The position numbers and the translations under genes are program-made. Shown piece by piece: positions 37,653 to 45,055 of a DNA stretch of 58,541 nt. The DNA lies in the IMG/VR virus record IMGVR_UViG_3300032282_004643, positions 1 to 58,541 of that record, one strand, 5' to 3'. The notes beneath the pieces were generated by a model. It was not told the DNA's origin, searched no databases, and worked only from the letters and a program-made list of their open reading frames with translations. The stretch comes from a virus (lineage: Duplodnaviria > Caudoviricetes). Each line of letters opens with the position of its first letter. Position 1 is the stretch's first letter.

Positions 37653-38234
37653 CTATTTTTTCAAATCGTTTTTAACATCTCGTGATACTTTATTAAGATA
37701 TTTCTTACGAGTAATATCATCAACAAACGGTACACTCCAAAATTGTCGTGTGTTTGTCTTGAACCATCCAAACACAAATGAATATACACCTAATACCAAC
37801 CGAAGTTTTACAGCGTTGAAATATAAAAAATAAACAGGAAGTGCAGGTGCTCCATGTGTTAAGTATGTACGAACTTTCTTGTGTGACAATAATGGTTTAG
37901 GATAACCATATTTTGGAATTAACGGAACAAATTTATATGCGAATCCTGGCGTGAATACGACATCAAAAAATTCTTCCATTAGTGGCGTACACCGAAACCA
38001 CCATACAGGTGATATAATGTAAATTCTATCTGCCCATGTCACCAATTCTTGATAGTGTTTGATAACTTCCTTCTTTTTAATAGAAAGGTCATCCTTATAT
38101 AAATCAATGACTTCTATGGTTTGTGTAGATTCATAGCTTGCGTTATTAGTTAATTCGTCTTTAATGGTTTTAAAAATACCATTATAACAAAAACTTTTCT
38201 TATCAGGGTGTCCGATGACTATTAAATTGTTCAT
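37653..38234 (-). CDS. Flavodoxin-fold NAD(P)H-dependent oxidoreductase
   Basis: GHPDKKSF, WADRIYIISPVWW, VFTPGFAY. Confidence 0.85.
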   Translation of the reverse strand: MNNLIVIGHPDKKSFCYNGIFKTIKDELTNNASYESTQTIEVIDLYKDDLSIKKKEVIKHYQELVTWADRIYIISPVWWFRCTPLMEEFFDVVFTPGFAYKFVPLIPKYGYPKPLLSHKKVRTYLTHGAPALPVYFLYFNAVKLRLVLGVYSFVFGWFKTNTRQFWSVPFVDDITRKKYLNKVSRDVKNDLKK

Positions 38235-38262
38235 TTCACTCCTTGCAAAAGTTATAAGTCAA

Positions 38263-38338
38263 TAGCACGGGTGGGACTCGAACCCACATAAACCCGCCTT
38301 ATGAGAGCGGTGCCTCAGCCAGTTCAGACCACCGTGCC
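38263..38338 (-). tRNA. tRNA-Met (or Ile2) (CAT)
   Basis: CCGCT-CTCATAA-GGCGG. Confidence 0.85.
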
Positions 38339-38446
38339 CTGTTCTAATTCTTTTAACTGTTTTAATGTTGCGTATTTTTTTCTCAAATTAACATTTCTAC
38401 TGTCATTTTTTAACTTATTTTTGTTACCACCCTTATAAGTTTCTGA
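38324..38446 (-). pseudogene. C-terminal remnant of an HNH endonuclease
   Basis: SETYKGGNKNKLKNDSRN...GTVV* resembles post-CPNCH tails of neighbours (TETYRAKN, TETWVSRNKKN); stop lies inside tRNA(CAT). Confidence 0.6.
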
Positions 38447-38466
38447 TGGTCTAACTTACGAAAACA

Positions 38467-38490
38467 TCTCACCAGTTGAGCTACCCTGCC
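38467..38490 (-). pseudogene. Orphan 5' tRNA fragment
   Basis: GGCAGGGTAGCTCAACTGGTGAGA = acceptor 5' strand + D-arm, no anticodon or T arm. Confidence 0.7.
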
Positions 38491-38642
38491 AATTTTCTTA
38501 TAAATATTTTAATCCAAACAATTAACTTTTTCAAATTAGAAAATTGTCTCCATCTCTTAATTTCATCAATTGTACGATAACATCCCACACAATTAATTCC
38601 ATTAAGCTTACATATTTTTTTACATGGTGAAGTTACAACCAT
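38481..38642 (-). CDS. DUF1289-family small Cys-rich protein
   Basis: SPCKKICK...CVGCYRTIDEIKRW. Confidence 0.75.
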   Translation of the reverse strand: MVVTSPCKKICKLNGINCVGCYRTIDEIKRWRQFSNLKKLIVWIKIFIRKLAG

Positions 38643-38651
38643 TTGTGTATA

Positions 38652-38807
38652 TCAATATTGTTTAGAGTCCATCGCGTGTTGGATGTCTCCACCTTCCAAT
38701 ACATCAATATTTTTCCTATGTCCATCATATAAGATGAAGGTTAAAATAAGTATTGTTGTAATGCAAATAATTGTAACAAATACATTTTTAATTACAGTTG
38801 GACGCAT
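38652..38807 (-). CDS. 51-aa membrane protein
   Basis: AAGGAGG SD; single TM helix. Confidence 0.6.
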   Translation of the reverse strand: MRPTVIKNVFVTIICITTILILTFILYDGHRKNIDVLEGGDIQHAMDSKQY

Positions 38808-38831
38808 GTATCCTCCTTGAAAAATATTAAG

Positions 38832-38903
38832 AGGTACGGGTCGGAATCGAACCGACGTATAGAGGTTTTGCAGACCTCGGCCTTACCGCTTGGCGACCGT
38901 ACC
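38832..38903 (-). tRNA. tRNA-Cys(GCA)
   Basis: Loop CTGCAAA, U73. Confidence 0.93.
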
Positions 38904-38908
38904 ATAAG

Positions 38909-38982
38909 CACCCCCGGAGAGATTTGAACTCCCATCGGACGCTTTAGAAGAGCGTTGCCTTATCCAATTAGACCACGGGGGT
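38909..38982 (-). tRNA. tRNA-Arg(TCT)
   Basis: Loop CTTCTAA. Confidence 0.92.
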
Positions 38983-38987
38983 ATTTT

Positions 38988-39347
38988 CTATTTACTCAAA
39001 CTATGCCGAACAGGTTTTCCATTATCATCAAGACAAACGAACACCATTTCGTCAATATTAACAATAATTTTTTGTGTTGTTAAATCACGTACTTGTACTT
39101 CTAATGTAACAGATGTCTTTCCTACTTTTTTTAAAGCAATTCCAATTTCAACAATATCACCTTGATACGCAGGTGCGATGAAATTGATAGCGGAAATACT
39201 TTTAGTAACTACCCGTTTATGCCGTGTTTCGATTGCGGCATATATTGCTGCTTCTTCGTCTACCCACGCCAAACAACGTCCACCAAACAGAGTGTTGTTC
39301 CCGTTTAAATCTCCAGGTTGCACCCACTTACGTGTAAGAAATCGCAT
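38988..39347 (-). CDS. Acyl-CoA thioesterase (hotdog fold)
   Basis: DLNGNNTLFGGRCLAWVDEEA; VGKTSV; MVFV. Confidence 0.85.
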   Translation of the reverse strand: MRFLTRKWVQPGDLNGNNTLFGGRCLAWVDEEAAIYAAIETRHKRVVTKSISAINFIAPAYQGDIVEIGIALKKVGKTSVTLEVQVRDLTTQKIIVNIDEMVFVCLDDNGKPVRHSLSK

Positions 39348-39368
39348 AAAACCTTTATCTAATTGTTA

Positions 39369-39442
39369 TGCCCCAAGCAGGAGTTGAACCCACAACCCTC
39401 TGATCCGAAGTCAGATGCTCTATCCAGTTGAGCTATTGAGGC
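39369..39442 (-). tRNA. tRNA-Arg(TCG)
   Basis: TCTGA-CTTCGGA-TCAGA. Confidence 0.9.
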
Positions 39443-39450
39443 AAACTACA

Positions 39451-39942
39451 TTAATCCCACAGTCCTTCGTAATATTTACCAAACAACCGGAACCCGTTGG
39501 TGATACGGAGTTGATAATTCTTTGATGCATCCCAATCACAGTCACCCTCCGTTAACCAACGAACGGGCTTGAATTCTTTTCCTTCATCTTCGGGATAGTT
39601 TGTTAAATCCAGTCTAGGAGTTTCCTTCCAGAACTGTTCTTGCCAATCGGTGAGTTTACTTTCAAACGCAAATATCATTTCGTCCATAACCCAATCCCAC
39701 CGTTGAAAATGTTTTTCATCTACGTCAGATGGGTCTACGTTTTCCGAACGAAGATGTTCTGGTACATCACTCATATCCACATAGGGAGCGCCGTGTTTGG
39801 TTTCCTTCAACTGCTTGAGCATAGGAATAACGATGTGTGCCAACGTGGTATCCATGTTCCACGTATCCCATGGATCAATTTGGATATACATCTTACGTTC
39901 TTCATCAGAAGTTTCTGGGTACTTTCCAATATGGATATTCAT
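39451..39942 (-). CDS. Conserved phage hypothetical protein
   Basis: IDPWDTWNMDTTLA...GFRLFGKYYEGLWD. Confidence 0.7.
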   Translation of the reverse strand: MNIHIGKYPETSDEERKMYIQIDPWDTWNMDTTLAHIVIPMLKQLKETKHGAPYVDMSDVPEHLRSENVDPSDVDEKHFQRWDWVMDEMIFAFESKLTDWQEQFWKETPRLDLTNYPEDEGKEFKPVRWLTEGDCDWDASKNYQLRITNGFRLFGKYYEGLWD

Positions 39943-39965
39943 AATTTGAGTAGTTAAATGTTTAG

Positions 39966-40040
39966 GGTGAATGACGGGATTCAAACCCGCGACCCTCGGA
40001 ACCACAATCCGATGCTCTAACCAGCTGAGCTACAATCACC
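39966..40040 (-). tRNA. tRNA-His(GTG)
   Basis: G-1/C73, loop TTGTGGT. Confidence 0.92.
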
Positions 40041-40046
40041 ACAAAA

Positions 40047-40128
40047 TGCACTCGGTGGGGGTCGAACCCACACACCCGAAAGTGCTGCATCCTAAGTGCA
40101 GTGCGTCTGCCAGTTCCGCCACGAGTGC
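40047..40128 (-). tRNA. tRNA-Leu(TAG)
   Basis: Loop CTTAGGA, long variable arm. Confidence 0.92.
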
Positions 40129-40133
40129 AATTC

Positions 40134-40571
40134 CTACATAAATTTTCTACTGTGATTTGGTGTTAGTGCATGACAGTTAGGACATAATATTTGTAAATTA
40201 TCCAAACTATTGTTGTGTCTATCCCCATCTTTGTGATGTAATTCCAATGTAAGTTTTTTACCCATCCACTCACTAACACCACACATCTCACAGTTTTCTT
40301 GTTTCAATCCATCTTGAATAAGTTTCTTTCTTAGCGTTGGAACCTTTACTCCATATTGTTTATCGGCGTATTCCAAAGCTGATTTTCTATGCGGTGATTT
40401 TTTATGTCCTTTTTCACCCATATTCCCTGCATAAACTATATTCCATTTTTTTAAGTAACTTTCTAATGTACTTGTTCTACAATCTAACTGTCTACAAATG
40501 TATGCTTTCGGTCTATTTTCCTTGATCCAAAGTTCTACATCTGCTCTTCGTGTAAGAATGTCTTTTCTCAT
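40134..40571 (-). CDS. HNH homing endonuclease
   Basis: CEMCG...LELHHKDGD...NLQILCPNCH. Confidence 0.9.
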   Translation of the reverse strand: MRKDILTRRADVELWIKENRPKAYICRQLDCRTSTLESYLKKWNIVYAGNMGEKGHKKSPHRKSALEYADKQYGVKVPTLRKKLIQDGLKQENCEMCGVSEWMGKKLTLELHHKDGDRHNNSLDNLQILCPNCHALTPNHSRKFM

Positions 40572-40628
40572 ATATGCTCCTATCAAGGTTCATATATAAA
40601 TAGTATACTCTATGTCCAAAAATATAGT

Positions 40629-40658
40629 GTGTAGACCAATTCCGCCACGAGTGCAATT
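40629..40658 (-). repeat. Duplicated 5' end of tRNA-Leu(TAG) upstream of HNH
   Basis: AATTGCACTCGTGGCGGAA(T/C)TGG present here and at 40110-40132. Confidence 0.85.
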
Positions 40659-40668
40659 AACTACTATG

Positions 40669-40696
40669 AATATACAATATTATACATAATAGTCAA
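40669..40696 (-). promoter_or_regulatory. Sigma70-type promoter heading tRNA island
   Basis: TTGACT-16-TATATT. Confidence 0.6.
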
Positions 40697-40728
40697 TTGA
40701 AAAACAAAAACTTAATCAATTCTTAATG

Positions 40729-41352
40729 TTAGAATTTATTTTCATCTCGTTCTGCCGAACAAGCCATATGGTCAGCCCAATGGATAATGTACGGAAGATT
40801 TGTTTTCATCGGATATACTGAATGATTCTTCAAATAAGCTTTATTACTATCATCGTACATACCATCCGACAACTTAATTGCAATCCATTCCTTTTCCGTA
40901 ACAGGAATTTCATACTTCTGCAAAAGATACAGAGCCCTATCAGTAACAGTCATATATTGCAGATTATCATTGTACTTATACATCTCTCCACGCTTACGAT
41001 GCCAATCACTATCTTGGTCAAGATAATATCCACCCTGCTCATTACCCAACTTACCCAAATCGTGATGAAGTGCTGCAAAAATCATTTCCTGCTTGGTAAA
41101 ATCAATCTCACCACCTATTGTCTTGTATGCCGTAGCAACTTTCATAGATGCCTCAGCAACATGGACTACGTGATCAAGATATCCACCAGGGAATGCATTG
41201 TGATAGTGGACCTTACCAGACGCAGGCGCTGAAATTAGCTGTTCACCGAACACTTCGTACATCTGATTCAACTTTTCAAGTCGAGGATCTTCGGCGAGAA
41301 ATGCGTTGAACTTTTCCAAATTTTTCTTAGCTTTTTCTTCGTAATCAAACAT
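40729..41352 (-). CDS. HD-domain phosphohydrolase
   Basis: APAS...HNAFPGGYLDH...LHHDLGK...WAD. Confidence 0.85.
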   Translation of the reverse strand: MFDYEEKAKKNLEKFNAFLAEDPRLEKLNQMYEVFGEQLISAPASGKVHYHNAFPGGYLDHVVHVAEASMKVATAYKTIGGEIDFTKQEMIFAALHHDLGKLGNEQGGYYLDQDSDWHRKRGEMYKYNDNLQYMTVTDRALYLLQKYEIPVTEKEWIAIKLSDGMYDDSNKAYLKNHSVYPMKTNLPYIIHWADHMACSAERDENKF

Positions 41353-41362
41353 AACCGTTTCC

Positions 41363-42049
41363 TTAGTAGTTAAAGTTTTGGAAATCTTCACGGTACAACT
41401 CCCCCAATAAAGATAACAGGGTGGAGTCGGTAAAGTCAACCCCCAAATTATTAGGATATTTACGATATAATGTATTATCAAATGTATATCCCAATTCTGT
41501 TTCTATAAAATATGATAATTCTTGTAAATTTTCATATTTAAAAATTCTTAACTTTTCTTTTGGTCCATTTAATAAAAACGTCTGTGATACCACAAAGGGT
41601 ACTCGTAAACAATTATCGGTGGTAGATATTAGATATTTACCAAATCTATGTTTGATACTATCTCTAACATTTAACCAGTATGCACTTTCACCGTTTTTAT
41701 ATACTGCTCTAAAAAAGTTAGTTTTTTCTTTTTTTAATAACAACATATCTTGTAAGAAATATATTACATCTAATGTCGTTGGTAATGTTTCCAGATTTAA
41801 TTTGCATTCACCGCATGCACATACACTGAAAATATGATTCAATCCAGAACGAAACCTACTCACAGGATGTCTAACTGTTGTAAATGCGTCCAACAAACCA
41901 TACTGCGAAATTAATTCTTCGTATGTATTATGACTCTGACTGTCAATGGGCATAGAAGGGAAAAACGTTCTCATCACTGCCGTAGAAGCAGTTTTGGGAA
42001 CGTTCACCCATAACCATTGTTTCTTATCAATGTTTGAAGTTATCAACAT
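41363..42049 (-). CDS. Sulfotransferase family 2 protein
   Basis: VNVPKTASTAV (5'-PSB) and VRHPVSRFRS (3'-PB) motifs. Confidence 0.8.
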   Translation of the reverse strand: MLITSNIDKKQWLWVNVPKTASTAVMRTFFPSMPIDSQSHNTYEELISQYGLLDAFTTVRHPVSRFRSGLNHIFSVCACGECKLNLETLPTTLDVIYFLQDMLLLKKEKTNFFRAVYKNGESAYWLNVRDSIKHRFGKYLISTTDNCLRVPFVVSQTFLLNGPKEKLRIFKYENLQELSYFIETELGYTFDNTLYRKYPNNLGVDFTDSTLLSLLGELYREDFQNFNY

Positions 42050-42051
42050 TA

Positions 42052-42579
42052 TTACGTAACTAGTGTTATTCTATTATATCGTGATTGTTGTCTGGTCCAA
42101 AGTTCAAATATTGTTGGAATTGTAGGTACCTTCATCAAAACCATTCCTGTATCTACCAACAATTTATCCGCCTTCTTATTGTTACAAGTACTACAACTTG
42201 TAACCACATTAGTCCATTCATCCTTACCACCCTTTGCAACAGGATGAACATGATCACGTGTCAAGAATTCATGAGACTTTAACTCACCACGCGCACGATA
42301 ACAATACTGACAAGTGTATGCGTCACGAACAAACATATTTTTCTGTGTAAGTAACGCTGGTGTTTTAAATACCCGGCGGCCTTTAATGTAATGTTTTAGA
42401 GCAATCATTACTGGTATCGGAAATGTTTGCCTGGGTGACCGTGCTACCAAGTCAGGATGTTCCTCAATTATGATAGCCTTTCCTTCCAAAAACAACAGTA
42501 ACGCTCGTTTGGAAGATACCACTGTTATAGGCTCGTACGTGGCATTCAGAACAACACACTTTGTTGTTTCTAACGCCAT
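42052..42579 (-). CDS. HNH endonuclease (McrA/HNH_5-like, cellular type)
   Basis: VLNATYEPI...RDAYTCQYC...TRDHVHP...GG...WTNVVTSCSTCNNKK. Confidence 0.88.
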   Translation of the reverse strand: MALETTKCVVLNATYEPITVVSSKRALLLFLEGKAIIIEEHPDLVARSPRQTFPIPVMIALKHYIKGRRVFKTPALLTQKNMFVRDAYTCQYCYRARGELKSHEFLTRDHVHPVAKGGKDEWTNVVTSCSTCNNKKADKLLVDTGMVLMKVPTIPTIFELWTRQQSRYNRITLVT

Positions 42580-42584
42580 AAAAT

Positions 42585-42920
42585 TTACTCCTGTGGTTTA
42601 ATATCGTTTAGTAGTTTATTGATTCGTTTATCAGTTAACATCTGCATTATATCACGTGCTTTTGCTGCTGTTTCGTAATCTTCTTTTTCAATAGAATATC
42701 GTAATGCATCTTTTAAAACAGTTTCATAATCTTCTTGTTTTACTATGGCAACGTGTTTATTGTCACTGGTAACAGAATTTATTTGAAACAACTCAACCTT
42801 TTCCAAATCTTCCCGAATACCAATCTTTACTTTTTTAACCAAATACTTGTAAACTAATTGACGATGATCGTTTAAAAATTTTTGAATTACGTAAAATGGT
42901 TTCGGTGGTAGATTTAACAT
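42585..42920 (-). CDS. Hypothetical protein with UVR-like motif
   Basis: EKEDYETAAKARD. Confidence 0.55.
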   Translation of the reverse strand: MLNLPPKPFYVIQKFLNDHRQLVYKYLVKKVKIGIREDLEKVELFQINSVTSDNKHVAIVKQEDYETVLKDALRYSIEKEDYETAAKARDIMQMLTDKRINKLLNDIKPQE

Positions 42921-43288
42921 TACTTACCCTTCTTTTTTATCGTCTTTTTAACTTGTTTTTTAACAACCTTCTTCTTCGGCTTCTCAGTAACAACTGGTGT
43001 GTCCGTTTCATCCGTTAACACTCCCTTACGATATACCTTTCCATCGGTATGAACGTATCGTGCTTTGAAGTGCCATCCACGAGGAAACTTTTCACCCTCT
43101 GATTTTTTCTGTACTTCTGGTGGTGGTGCAACCATTTTTTGAACACACCGTGCACAAGTTACACGACCAATATCTGATGGTACTTCTACCTCTTCGCTAT
43201 CACATTCACTGCAAACTAAAAATGTACGACCGGTAACTTTAAGTGCTTCCGACTTCGATAATTTTTTAATTCTACGCTTCAGTGCCAT
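42920..43288 (-). CDS. Zn-ribbon, Lys-rich hypothetical protein
   Basis: CSEC...CARC; PRGWHF. Confidence 0.6.
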   Translation of the reverse strand: MALKRRIKKLSKSEALKVTGRTFLVCSECDSEEVEVPSDIGRVTCARCVQKMVAPPPEVQKKSEGEKFPRGWHFKARYVHTDGKVYRKGVLTDETDTPVVTEKPKKKVVKKQVKKTIKKKGK

Positions 43289-43289
43289 G

Positions 43290-43586
43290 TTAATAACCTC
43301 GTGATTTCCATATTCTGAATTGTCTATTCCATCTCGCTTCGAGAAATACCAACTTTTGTTTTGCTTTTTGTGGAGAACCTACATTTAAAACGTCTTGTCT
43401 AAACTTAACTAGTGCTTCTCTTGTTTTCATCAACTTTGCCAACGTTCTTGCTTCGTTGATGTCTTTCATTATCATATCCGCTTCATATAGTAATGCAGTT
43501 TCTATATTTTCTACTGACATAATATTGAATATTTCTTTGCAGAAGCGTTGAATAATTTTGAACACATACATCTCAATCCTCCACAA
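43290..43586 (-). CDS. Hypothetical protein
   Basis: ORF in operon; start uncertain. Confidence 0.5.
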   Translation of the reverse strand: MWRIEMYVFKIIQRFCKEIFNIMSVENIETALLYEADMIMKDINEARTLAKLMKTREALVKFRQDVLNVGSPQKAKQKLVFLEARWNRQFRIWKSRGY

Positions 43587-43615
43587 ATTATTAACGCCAA
43601 CCCTTCATTTTTGAA

Positions 43616-43956
43616 TGGACCCGAGGGGAATCGAACCCCTGTCCGAGACTGCTTACTACTAAGTGTTTATGTACATAGCTGATTGTTTGCTGTCTCTGTG
43701 CTTTTAATAATCAGCGAACCTGCACAGATAAGAGTTTGTAAATTTGATATCGAATACTAACTCCCCTTTCCGATACTACACCATATACTTTGAACAAGTT
43801 AATCCTATATGGGTCAGATTAATCTTGTCAGGCTGCGATTAAGCAGCGAGGGCTAATTGAGTATTGCCAGTTAAATATTTTTGGTCTGTTTTACTCGTTT
43901 TACCAAACGAGGTACAAAGCTTAATCATCCACATCCCGTCGAAACCAGGCGGGCCC
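43616..43956 (-). ncRNA. ssrA: tmRNA
   Basis: GGGCCCG...TTCGAC 5' end, G3-U70 acceptor, GGTTCGATTCC T-arm, resume frame (A)GNTQLALAA*. Confidence 0.93.
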
Positions 43957-43963
43957 TAAAATA

Positions 43964-44092
43964 CTACTCTATATCGTTTTTTTCTCCAAACATAGTGCGT
44001 TTAGCGATATCTGATGCGTTGGTTGTTTTCTTGTCGGAAAATACCATCCATAAAATAATTAATATTACCAGGAATAACATTAATACTTTCAT
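43964..44092 (-). CDS. 42-aa membrane peptide
   Basis: GAGG SD, N-terminal TM. Confidence 0.5.
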   Translation of the reverse strand: MKVLMLFLVILIILWMVFSDKKTTNASDIAKRTMFGEKNDIE

Positions 44093-44147
44093 AAGTACCT
44101 CACGTTAACAACTATGTATGTTGATAAATATCTCAAATATCTATCTA

Positions 44148-44185
44148 AATATAAAAAGACCAACTTGATTTGTCAAGTCGGTCTT
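44148..44185 (-). promoter_or_regulatory. Terminator hairpin overlapping sigma70 promoter for tmRNA unit
   Basis: AAGACCGACTTGA/TCAAGTTGGTCTT+T-tract; TTGACA-17-TATATT inside. Confidence 0.7.
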
Positions 44186-44209
44186 AATATATAGTATTAA
44201 CTAATAAAT

Positions 44210-45055
44210 TTATACTACTGCTCTTCCCTTATCCTTCTCCCAATCACGTTCAGGACGAACTTCCAAATTCTTTTCCCATACAGCTTTTAGTAATGGAGCA
44301 GGGTGACCGTTTTGTTCACTATGTTGAATTAACGCATTTAAATCTTTCGGGAAGCATGTTCCACCAAATCCAAAACGTCCATCGTGTCCCGGTACTTGCC
44401 AATGGCTCGTTCCGAGTCGTGGATCTAATTTTAGTATCTTAGTAATGTGGTCATACTCAATACCAGTCTTTTGACATATTTGGTAAATTTCATTAAGAAA
44501 TGCCACCTTTGTAGACAACATCGTGTTTGCTGTGTACTTAATCATTTCTGCTTCTTTGGCTGTTAATATCCACACCTGTGACTGTGGGAATCTGTGGTAG
44601 TATAACTTTGATACCGGCTTTATATCAAACCCACTATCCTTTACCGAATGCCCCAACGTAATGTTAACCTGTGATACGAAATCGTTAATGTAATTTCGTT
44701 CTGTTAAAAATTCCGGATTAAAACACACCGTGATATTTGGGAATTCTTCTGCCAACTTATCAGTAGTACCAGGTTCTACGGTAGATTTTAATACACATAT
44801 TGGTTTGTATTCCGTGTGTACTTTTGTGATTTCTTCAAACACACTACGAACAATATTAATATTACAAGTACCATCACTATTCATTGGTGTAGGAACACAA
44901 ATAAAAATTATTTGTGCTTTACTAACTACACCCTGTATAGAATTTTCTGTACATTCCTTATTAATGTCGTAGGTAACTACTTTATTTATAGACTTAAAGC
45001 CTTCTCGTACAGCAGTACCGACATAACCAAGTCCTATAACACCTATGGTATTCAT
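44210..45055 (-). CDS. ugd: UDP-glucose/GDP-mannose dehydrogenase family (short form)
   Basis: GLGYVG, CVPTP, KSTV.PGT, NPEFL, AEMIKY, FGGTCFPKD. Confidence 0.85.
   Translation of the reverse strand: MNTIGVIGLGYVGTAVREGFKSINKVVTYDINKECTENSIQGVVSKAQIIFICVPTPMNSDGTCNINIVRSVFEEITKVHTEYKPICVLKSTVEPGTTDKLAEEFPNITVCFNPEFLTERNYINDFVSQVNITLGHSVKDSGFDIKPVSKLYYHRFPQSQVWILTAKEAEMIKYTANTMLSTKVAFLNEIYQICQKTGIEYDHITKILKLDPRLGTSHWQVPGHDGRFGFGGTCFPKDLNALIQHSEQNGHPAPLLKAVWEKNLEVRPERDWEKDKGRAVV

Noticed and set aside
30986-40571. HNH proteins as RNA-guided IscB/HEARO nucleases
   Set aside because: Only 140-181 aa, no PLMP or RuvC motifs, and no shared adjacent ncRNA
28800-40700. CRISPR or TIGR-like array
   Set aside because: No regularly spaced direct repeats; recurring motifs are tRNA D/T loops
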